Positions 1-56,700 of a DNA stretch of 64,000 nt are shown here, one piece after another (within the stretch, counting starts at the first letter, position 1; each line of letters starts with the position of its first letter). The notes below the pieces were generated by a model. That model did no database searches. It was not told where the DNA came from and worked only from the letters and a program-made list of their open reading frames with translations. The DNA comes from Podarcis erhardii (taxonomy: Eukaryota). The DNA lies in the NCBI GenBank assembly GCA_964252035.1, contig OZ176200.1; one strand, written 5' to 3'. Position numbers and translations under genes: made by a program.

Positions 1-478
1 ATCTTCTCCTTTCAACACATGGCACATTGTAATCTAGATGAGATGACCATTGGAGAACAAGATAATGAAAGATTGTGCTTTGGTGTTGTGGACTGGGTCT
101 CACAAAAGTGAGCTTTGTTCTGGTTCCATGGTTGTATGATATCAGATTTCATATACACATAATATGTTTTGCATTTTTTGCTTTTGAGAACAAAAAGTAG
201 GCTGTACGTTTAAGTAGGTGAGAAGAATTAGTAGGCAACTTTGTAATATGTAGCTGAAATGTATGCATATTCTGCGTATTTGGAAACCTACCATTTGTCA
301 TAATTTTAGCAAAGGTTTAGAGTCTGCGCTATTGAGCAGATCCCCTTTTGCTATTGCAAGAATTAGAATTTGTTTCTTAAAAGAGAGTAGATGCAATGTG
401 GGTGTTCTCCCTTCAGCGAATTAGGTGATGGCTGAAAACTCTTAGAAGTCTAAATACCGCCTTTTCCTCACTTCATAG

Positions 479-46323
<45,845 letters not shown>

Positions 46324-49300
46324 CTAGACAGGTGGCTTGGTCCAGCCAGATGCCTATGTTCTAATGTGCATAACGGGGGGGGGGGGGACCTGCATGTCTG
46401 AGTGTCCCTGGGCACTCCTGGCACCACTCAAAACACTGTTCTCATCTCCACAACACAGCCTTGCTTCTCATTTCCCACCACATCCCCATCTCTCTCCCCC
46501 ACACAACCCAGGGCATCAAGCCAGTGTTTCAGGTAACAAGGCAACATCCCTGCTGCAAGCAGAGCTGCGAGGTGTGTGTCCTTGGTTGGTTCATTGGGAA
46601 TGCAGAGTTCAGCAAGGCTGACCTTGTGTGTGATCATGCTTTGCACACCTCTCTGTGAACAAAGAACTGCTTCAGGGGAGAAGACAGTGTGTCGATTTCA
46701 GGGGCTTTTTATGGAAGAAAGGAGTGAAGCAGGAACCTAGCCCACCCCAAAAGAGAACTGAATGAAAACCATGATGGCTCTGGAGCAATTCTGCTTATCT
46801 CAGAGTTTGGGGAAAATACGTCCTCAGCTCATTGCCAAAAGCCCTGGTTCCCAGAAGCTGCTTTCCCAAATCGTCTGTTGGAATAGAACCGTCATGTGGA
46901 ATTTCACCATCATCTATAGCACAGGCACACCATGCATCAAGATCCAACCCTCATGCTGGAAGTCAGTTTTCTCTTTTCAGCAGGTCTGATGCTCTTCTTT
47001 GCAGGGGCATCTGTGACGTACGCACACACGCATGCACAATACCGTGTCACAAAGCACAGAACTTTCTCACCAAAAGGTTCCACCCAGAGTCCACTGCGTT
47101 GGTGGCGGAATCCTTGCTCGATTATAAATGAATCAGGGTTGCAACCAAAGAGGAGAGCATGACCCATGTTCAGACTTCTGCACTAAATTGGTTAGAATGG
47201 AGACGTGTTAGAAATGTGTGTGTGTGTTTGTGAAAAAGAGAGGAAGTTTGCTCACCCGCTGCAAGCACTAGGAATACAACGAAGCTGAAGTTAGTTGCAG
47301 CTACGCCCCACTGAGAAGCAGCCTGTTGGGTTTCAGGGGACTTTAGCCTCCATTAACTTTTGCTGGATTGTGCCCCACATTACTTGATGAGGTTTTTATC
47401 AGCCCCACTATATTTATGCCGGGGTTAACTTTGTGACTAGGCTGAATCCAGGTGCTCTCCCCTCCCCTGAGCTTTCTGTAAACATCTGTTCTGTGTTGGC
47501 TCAGCTCTCCAGAAGCAAATGGCTCCTCTCTTATCCCTCCGAGGATGCGTTGTGCCCGAGCATGGCCTTTGGTAATCCACTGCACTGCTTACACTTCTGA
47601 AGAATGGAGTGTGGCTTTCTCAGTTACTGTAAATGCAGTCTTAATCCCAACTGCTCCCTTCTGCAGAGACCTCTGCCTGTGATGTGTGGGTGTCTGAATG
47701 GCTGTTTAAAATATATACAGGCACATCTAGCTCTGACCTTATGATAAAGTTCACACGCCCCTTATCCAAGGAAGGAATTCATCATTCCCCCCTCCCAAAG
47801 ACAGATGGCTGCTCAGCTGTATTGCTCTTTTTGGAACATATTGCTGGAGAGCTAATTGCTTTTGACATTGAGTGGAGCCTGGAGATTGCCTTTCCTGCAA
47901 TGGCCTCTTTGCAGCGCTAGTAAGGATTCTGAAAACAGCAGGCTCCCATTCTTCAGTTGTCTTTTGAGCACCCCACCCCTAGGGCTCATTGCGATTTCTA
48001 AACCATGTTTTCTTTGTGGGTGCCATATACCATACAAAAAGTGCCTTAACCTAGGGGCATCCCATTATCATCACTCCAGGAGTGCGCAGGCTCTGTAAAC
48101 ACCATGCACAGATTGGTTTGGATTCTCCTCGCTCGAAAAGGAAGCTATGAAACTGTCTCTTTAAGCAAAAGAGATGGGGTTTGGGGGGGCTGTCTTTGCC
48201 TCACACCCACAGCTGTGGGAAAAAGCAGGGCTTGGCTTGACACTTACTGTCATGGATCCAGGTACCAACAGCTGAGGCTTGAGGTTTTTCCACATGTTAC
48301 CTTTTGTCAAGTCTCAAAAGTGTTAAACTTTTCCAGATCTCCTGGGCTGTAATGGGTAGCTGACAATCAGCTGCCTCACTATTGTGATGAGCAGAGCAGA
48401 TTCTTCCACAATGCTACATTCGAAAAGCCAATACATCTAAATGGTTTTGAATTATAGTGTTCCGGGTTGTGGAGTCTGGTAGCATTAACCCCACTGAACA
48501 TCACCAGTACAGTTATACGACGGCTTAGCTGCCAGCCTTCTCCTTTCTGCCATTATAAAACAATCACTGCCATAAAGGATGATCTTCCCCCTTTTATGTT
48601 CAGAGTAGGATGCACACCTAGGTGACTGCTGAACAGCAGGTTGTACCACAACTCACATCTTGCAAAATTGGGTTTTTAAATATGAAATTAATCAGTAGGT
48701 GCAGGGATGATTGCAAGGGGAGGTGGAGAAGAAAGTTGAAAAGTAGAGCAGGCAGCCATACTAATTAAGCTTCCCTCAATGATGCTGGCAACTGGTGCCA
48801 ATTGAGGGCTGATAGGGCAAAACGCAAGGAGACCTGCAGTAGGCTTAGCCAGAGCCAACTCAATCTGGTTTTGCCAGTGTGTTCTACAAGTGCAAGACCA
48901 AGACTGAGGAGCAGTGCCACACTCTTGACTGGTTCTAAGTGGGAAGGCAGGTAACCATGAGAGCCTTTAGTTCTAATGGAGAAGCTTCCACTGCTTCCAT
49001 AAGCCTTTCTTGCTTCCAGAAGAAGAGCAAGCAGCGCCCATAAGGACCCTCAGTCAGAGCAGTCAACCCACTAATACTTCTCTGTTGCTGCACAGTTTGG
49101 ACACTAGTCAGTGATATAGCATGCTATTACAACAAAGACTTAAATATTGTGGATAATTTGCCACAGCACTGATGTTCAAGGCATGCAGCCCTAGCCTGTG
49201 CAGATAAAGGGGCGCCTAGGCTCACTGAAAGCTTAGGCACATGTGAAACAAGGCCTATTTAAGCAGAATGCCTTTATGCTCCATTTCAAGGCTAAAACAT

Positions 49301-50828
49301 GGAAGGATTCTCTCCACCAGGGTACCAATGGTTATTGCTAGGGAGAGCTCAAAGGTGCAAAAGGGAGGGGGAACTCTTCTCTAGCAAAAACAGTGGGCAC
49401 TCTTAGGAACAAGAGCCCCCAGCCTGCCTGGAATCGGCATTCTTCTGGTGACCTTGCAAAGCTGTGCTGAAAACCTGCAGGCTGCTTATCGTCAGCCTGT
49501 TCATTGGTGCCCAGACGACGATGCCAGCATTGGGAAAGAGCAGTGCGTCTTTGAGCACATGCAGAGGTCTCCCCCCCCCCCCCGCCTGCCTCCCTGCTTG
49601 CAGCTGTGCAGTACTGGCACCTTTTTTTCTAGAAAAGAAAGCACTGCCTGCCATACTTACAATCTGAATGCCCCCAAAGTGGTATTTTCTCCACTCTTCC
49701 AGTCCATGCTTATAGAGGATATACTTTATCAGCCTGCTGAAGTGAGCACAGAATGGCTCAACTAAGGGGAAAAAAAAGGCAGGAGGTTTTGACTTCATTG
49801 TGGGATTTTTAAAAAAATCTTATGTGAGGCAGCTCTGTCTAGGAGAGGCACCAGGCAAGGAATAGTAGGGATCCTGCAAGTTTAGGGTGACCATTTTCTT
49901 TTAGACAACAAAGCACATGAGAATTAGGAGGAGCCGATTCTCCAGCAAATGCCACCAGGAAGAGAAATATTTACTAAACATGCTACCCAACTTCAATTGT
50001 ACAACAAATAATACCTTTGGGACCTCATAAGCATTCTGGCTTTAGCAAGCTCAACCATCCCTTCCCTTCCTGGAGGATATTTTCACCTGTCAACTCCTGA
50101 GTTTCAGGTATGGCAAAATGCTCCTTTTCAGGAAGCTGAAAACACACAAAGCTAAGCTGAAATGTTATTTGAGACTATTCCTGCTGTATGACCACTGCCC
50201 TATACTAGGCTATGTGCTAAATAAGGAAGTTGCTTCAGACCTTATGTGTACTTGTTCTGCTCCCCCGTTTCTTTAACCTTTTGCTTGTGCACAGCACCAT
50301 AAGCTGTGCTCCCAGACCTCTGTTTGGTTTCAGCTTGGCACGTTTCGAGTGCAGTCGTTGTCGGTGTGCCATTTTGTCTCGCTGCATTGTGCTCCTACCC
50401 ATTACAGACCCAGGGAGTGTTACCATTTCCCTAGCAGGAACCATTTACTGTCTGGCAACTTGCAGCCTTCCCGTGCCTGGCTGCGCCTAGCTCTTCCTTC
50501 TTAGATCTAAAGCGACTTCACCTCCGTCAAGCGGCTCCTCCATCAGGCTTAGCTCTCCAAGACCCCACTACTAACGCAGAGGTCAGGACCTGTTAGAAGG
50601 GAGCTCCACATGCACCAGGCCCAGAACATGTTTGCTTCAGAAGAGCAAGGGCTGTTTCTTGGAGATACGGAGAACAGCTAAAGTAGCCCAGGACCTCTCC
50701 TACAGGTTTATAGGGTTTGGGGGTTCATACTCTTTTAAAAACAGCTAGGCACCAAGTTCCACCTGCTCCAATGTGCTTCCACTGTCCAGAGAAAAGAGCT
50801 AAAGCTTCAGAATGTGCTTCAGAAGCAA

Positions 50829-50834
50829 TTTAAT
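50829..50834 (-). terminator. ATTAAA, candidate PLEKHG3 poly(A) signal
   Basis: tttaat on + strand; U-rich stretch downstream on -; no AATAAA found on - between 46324 and 52904 by manual scan; other ATTAAA at 51350-51355 and 51573-51578. Confidence 0.35.
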
Positions 50835-50845
50835 AACATTTTTCT

Positions 50846-50863
50846 AATAAATGAACAAATAAA
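50846..50863 (+). terminator. Tandem AATAAA poly(A) signals, probable end of the long SPTB 3' UTR (~4.5 kb)
   Basis: AATAAA at 50846-50851 and 50858-50863, the first found on + after the SPTB stop, followed by a U/GU-rich stretch (ttggctcctggattttgtgtgc). Confidence 0.6.
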
Positions 50864-52904
50864 CCCTTCTTGGCTCCTGGATTTTGTGTGCAATTTCTGT
50901 TCATTAAGGGCTCACCCACAGTTACCTGCAGTGTGGTTAAAGACACGTGTGAGAGCCTAGGGGCCGGTGTGTAACACCTCTGCTCAAAACTCTAGATGTC
51001 CATTTTCTAACAGGCCAAGTTCAAAGTGTTACTATTGGTATGTAAAGCCTTCACCGGATTGGGACCAGTTTACTTGCGGGATCACCTTACCCCACATGTG
51101 CCCTTTTGATGGCTTGGGTCTGCAGAACTGCCACTGTTACAGGTGTAACATAAGACCTTTTCTGCACTTTTAAGAAATCCACCTTTTCATATTGCAGCAC
51201 CTGCACTTTGAAACTCCCTTCCTATTGACATCAGGCAGGCACCTTTGCTATATTATTTTTGGCGCTTGCTTAAAACATTTCTGTTTAGGCAAGCCTACCC
51301 AGACATGGAGCAGTTACATGTGTTTTATCTCTCTTCAGCTACTGTTGTATTTAATAATACTCTGGATGTTTTAAAATCCCCATACTGAGAATTTAAATGT
51401 TTATATTTTTGTAAACCCCTCAGAGGTGTTCTTACAATCAAGCCATACATAAATTTTGTCAAAATCAAGGAAAAACAAAACACTATGCAGTCATTTTGCT
51501 GCCTGGAACACCCACACCGTTTCCAGCTTACAAAAGAAAAGGGAGCACCCCCAAAAGTTATCTTGAATAGCCTTTAATGCAAAGTATCCTTGAACATGTC
51601 CAGAGATGTTGCCTAAGGACCTCTGGGATAGTCTTTGGCAGGCAGAGAGAGGAATGGAGCAGACCCATGACATTTTCTGTTGTTTGAAACTCACCCTAAG
51701 AAGGTGGGCATTGCTTCTCTGCTGTTTGGTGGAGAAATAACCTCAAATACTTCCCACCCCAGCTGATGAAAACCCACCATTGCACCCTGACTCCTGCCCC
51801 AGAAATCCAGAATGTGTTTGTGCCCTGCTTCTCTCAACCGTCACTGCCTACCCTTCAACCCAACATTCGATAATAAGACTGGGCAGCTGCAGCACTTTCC
51901 TATTTCTCCATACAAAGCTCTCCTCTAGTGGAGCTGCATTGCTTCCTTTGGCAGTGTCCCATCTTAGAGAAACTTGATCTAAAGACATCCAGTAGTGGGG
52001 GTGGGGGCAGTGATCTTTCCAGCCTGACCAGTGAATAGAATAAATCTTCTACCAAGGGATGTGCAGGTCTTTTAAGACCTCCTGGCACTATAGTGGATCA
52101 GAACCACACTAGCGTAAGCCCATGCCACTGGTGAACTTAAGAGAGCTCTGTGATGCTCAAGACTTCTCAATCTTACATCTGCAGTAAAAAATCATAGGCT
52201 GCAATTCCCCCCACCCATTCCCCCCACCCACCCTCCAAGTGAAGAAACCACAGCCACATTTTCTGGTCAAAAGTGGTTATTGCACAGTGCGTACAAACTG
52301 AAATGTGTACACAACTAATATTATTAAGATTATATACTATCAAACTGGGAGTCTTAGATCAACCCTCTGCCAGCCACAGTAAAATCACGCTCTTAAAAAT
52401 AAAAAAGTAAAGATAAAAGATAATTTGGAACAATAACTTATGGTTATCCTATGAGACTGAGCAACAGAAGGCTCATTCATTTCTGCTGTGGCTTGGCAAA
52501 GCAAAGATTTGGTCCTGAAGGGAAAGGAAACACCTTTTCTTAGTGGACCATATGGGTAGCTGCAAAGGAGTCTCTGATTTGTGGTGTGCCTGTCCTGATG
52601 GGAAGCTTCTCAGTGCTTCCCGGAAACGTGTGAAGAGTACTTCCCAACAGCGCAGCCAACAAAGGACAGCAACCACCTGCTTCAGAATGCACAGCCATGA
52701 GCTCAGCAACTTCCCAGAGGGTAGAGGCAGCTGGACACGAAGGTTGGAGCACAATGAGCCAGGTGCAATCCAGGTCAGAGGAGAAGTGACTGTCACCTGT
52801 CCTTTCTCCTCTCAAGGAGCTGGGGGAGAAAATGACATCAACTCCAGAACCATCCTAGTTCATAAAAGAGGGCTTAGCAGCATGGGAGCAACAGACATAG
52901 GAGC

Positions 52905-53713
52905 TCAACTGTTGGAATTGAGGGTCTGGAATTTCTCCCTCAGGTTCTTTACCAGGCTCTGCTGGCTGCTGTCTGTTTTCTCCCGGCAAACCTGCTGAAG
53001 TGCTTTGTGGGGAGCTGCTTCCTGGAGGTCCTCCTCACGCCTGCGGTATTCTTCCGAGTCCTGGTAGGCCTTGCACCTCTCCACCACGGCCTTGAGAGAG
53101 ATCTTCTCCCGGGAAGTAGGGGAGCGAATCTGCACATAGCTCTCGTCTGGATCGACAGTCACATCCAGCAGCTTTTCCATGACAACCACTCGCTGACGGT
53201 TCTCCAGAGAGGTCTCGGCCGTAACGCTCAATTCCTTGTGCGCGTCGCAGGCGTGGCCCTGGAGGATGGAGTCCGGTGGAGCTTCCCTTTTGCAGCCTGG
53301 CATACCCCCTTGCTGGGGTTTGTCCGCTGCCTTCACAATCCTCTTGGAGGACTGGTGTTCCTCCAGAGCTCTACCAGCTGTATCCACCATTTTTTCAGGG
53401 GCTGAGCGGCTCCTGTTGACGGGTTGCGGCCTGCACTTCTGATTCCCTGATGGACAGGAATATTTGGACCTGAGTTCCCGCACATCTGGCCAGTTGAACT
53501 TCTCAGCTACGACGGGGCTGAGGGGGCTGCAAGACAGGGTGCTGCTGGTGGGGGAGGCAAGCCGCGGGCTGCTGGAGGAGGGGCTGAAAGAGAAGCGCTT
53601 GGGGGACTTCTCCAGGGACGAGGTTGACGATGGGGGGAGAGTCAGTGGGCTGGCCTCCTGCAGCAATACTTGCTCGTAAGTATTGGGGAGGGTCAAGGCT
53701 GGCTTCCGTTTGC
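52905..53713 (-). CDS. PLEKHG3: PLEKHG3 terminal coding exon
   Basis: ttcttctag|GC AAA CGG; KRKPALTLP...FNWPDVRELRSKY...YVQIRSPTSREKISLKAVVERCKAYQ...NLREKFQTLNSNS*; phase 1, 809 nt. Confidence 0.93.
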
Positions 53714-56700
53714 CTAGAAGAAAAACCAACAAGGAATGAGTGAGGCAGCAATAAGGCAAGGGGTTTGCTGGGTGGGCAGGCTGCAACGGTGGCCCCCCCT
53801 CACTCCCCAATCACAGTAGCTCCATTTTTGTTGGCTGAACAGCAGCTATGCTGTTTCCCTTTAAAACAGCAAGGAGGGAAGGAGGCTCCCAGAGGCTGTT
53901 CAGCTTGAGAATTGCAAAGTTCTTGGTCACTTTGGTGAGGACCCTTATTAAAACACCCTAGAGGTGGAGGTTTGTCCTGGTGGAAACCTTTCGTATTCAG
54001 ATATATCCAAGCCAGAAAGATCCCTCCCTGTTCACCTCTGCAATCCCCTCTGGGGCCTCCATCAATTCCATCTCAGAGATATACAGTAGCTGGATGGGGC
54101 ACCTGGGGCTTCTCTAACAGAGGGAGAAGCAATGGAATTAATTGAATTAAGCTAAATCAGGATGGAAAACCTTTCTCGGCTCAAGGGCCAGAAACGACTC
54201 CTACCTTTGCACTGTAAACTACATTTCAGAGGTTGTTATAATCCCCCCTGCCCTCTCTAGCCAGGCAAGAAAAGAGGCATTACCACACTTCAAGGGCACA
54301 ATCCGTCAGGAAAGAGCACCTGAGGAAGGTGTGGATCAGGCCTGGATAAGGGCTGCGACCAGGGGAAGGAGGAAGGTGTGTGTGGCTAGGACAGAGAGCT
54401 CTGAGGAGACTGGATACACTGGGGCACGAGTTCCCCCAGCACTGAGAAAAAGGCAGAGTTCAGCAGTGAGTGCAGCCCAATGCAGGAACAGGCTGGAGAG
54501 ACGGAGCCCCCTTCCTTCAGTTCAGACCATTTCAACTTTCTCCTACATACCAGGAAAGAGAGTTTTCTCCCCAGAACGTCTCTTTGTATCTCCAGAATCT
54601 ACAGATCTGCAAAACAGCTCGCTTTGAATGTTTACAAATTGTGCTTTTTCCCAGTTTGGGGGTTGGACAGTGCTCACCAAACACAACTGCCCCAGGGAAA
54701 GAAACAGGAGCATGGAAAGCTGTCTTGAGGATGCTGGGAGGTCTGAAAAACAGGCCACCCACTTGGGCTTTTGCCGTTAAAGTAGCACAGGTTCGTGGTT
54801 TTGAGCAGCCACAAAAATGTGGCGTGTGCACTGCTTCTTGTGTCCTCCCTGCCCAGGTGTTATTCCTCTGGCCCAGCAAGTGGTACTTGGCTCCGGCTGT
54901 CAAAGAGTTCTGCTCTAGAATATAAACTCCTCTGGAAACAGAATCCACTACTACTATTGTAATAAGCATATTTCAGTATTTTTTAAAAATGTGGCTCTTA
55001 AAACATTCAATATACTATATTTTACAACTGTTTTATATCTATCTGACACTTTGTGAATCTTTATTTTTGGTGGATGTTGCTGGTGGGGTGTTTTTAATGA
55101 AGGTTGCTACCTCCCACGAGCCCAAGAGGAAAAGACAAGTCATTAATCTAAAACTTTAAAATATAAGTCACAATGAATCTCCTATATTTATGCTCACAGC
55201 TGTGGCTTCTAGGCACTGCTGAAATTCATATAATATGAACAATGAGGTCCTGCCTGTGATAGCACAGTGCCCTCCTGCCAATACATACCCTTGCTTTTCT
55301 TATCTGCCTCCGGCTGGACAGTCAAGGTATTGCCTTTCATCTCCTCCTCCAGCTCAGCAAGCCTCCTATGCGCTGCAGGCTTCTGGCCCTTGATTCGGAG
55401 GCTGTACTGGCGGGCCAGCTGGTAGACCTTGTTCTTCACCTTCTCCGCCAGCTCTGCCTCCGTCAGGTGGGCCAGCTGCATTATCCGGGGGTGCAAGCGG
55501 GGGAGATACCGATCTTGCTCAGAGCCCCCTAGCTCATGGGCCAGCTTCCAGGGCTTCCTAGAAGGCGCAGCCCGCTCCACGGGAGACTTGCTCTCAGGAG
55601 AGGGCACCGCCGACTCCTCTGTGATGGCCCCAAGATCCTCGTCCTCCAGGATGAGAAGCGGCTCGTGGAGGTCAAAGCCGTTCTCCTGGCCATGGAGCCT
55701 CTCCGTGTGCCGCAGAGAGGAGCCCCCGGCCACCTGCCCATTCGCCGTGCCTGGCCGAGTGACACCTTCAGGCCTCCTACTCCAGCCCTCTCCGCTCGGC
55801 TTCTCCATCTCCTCCCAGATTTTAATCATCTCAGCCGGCGGCCTGAACTCCGCTTCCGTGATGGGCAGGGGGCTTCCAGCAGAGGCTGCCTCGGAGCGGG
55901 GGGCCTGTAGCCCAGGCACGGGCCTATTTGACAACACCCAGGCTGCTGTGGGGCCAGCCCCACCACTGGCAGGGCCCCCCGGCCTCTTGTGCTTCAGCCC
56001 CTCCTGCGCAGGCTCTGGCTGGGGAAGGCTGTTGATCCTGAAGACGGAATTCCTCACCACCCCTTTGGGGATGTAGGACAGGCTCTCCCGCCGCCTGACG
56101 CTGAAGCCGGCATCCTGGTGCTCCGCGTAATCGTAGTAGTTCTTGATCTTGTCTAGCAGTAGGCGGTCCTGATGGGAGAGCATGGACTCCTTCCGCTTGC
56201 AGGAGGCATGGTCCGTCTCAAGCAGCCCAGGAGAGGCAGCCCCGCTGCAGGCACTGCTGGGCTCACCCAGGGGCTCTTGCGGCAGGGAGTCTGTGGTGCT
56301 GTTCGTGCGACATCCTGCCTTCTCGCTGCCGTCCAGGCTCAAGACGCTGCTGCTGCGGCTAGCCTGCTTTGGAGTCAGGTGGCCCTTGCCCTCCTCGAGT
56401 GCCAGGCTGCTGCGGCGAGAGAGGCTGCTGGCAAAGCGCTCTGCAATGACGCTGGCCTGATCCAGTACAGAGAAAGGGAGGATGCTTCTGGCCTGGGGTG
56501 CACGTCTGTCCTCCTCCTCTTCCTCCTCTTCTTCTTCCTCCTCCTCGCTACTAAGCGGCTTCAGTTCAGTATGTTCAGTGGGCTCCAGGCTATCTGAACG
56601 CTGTTGATTCAGGGTTCCCCACTGGCCTGCCATGACTGGCTCCAGGTTGCCCATCGACTCGGGGTCTGAAGGACCCTCTTCCAGGTACTCTTCCTTAAGG

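Noticed and set aside
55429-56597. Long + strand ORFs (215, 124, 141 aa) opposite the big PLEKHG3 exon
   Set aside because: Antisense shadows of GC-rich coding sequence; no recognisable protein motif or splice structure.
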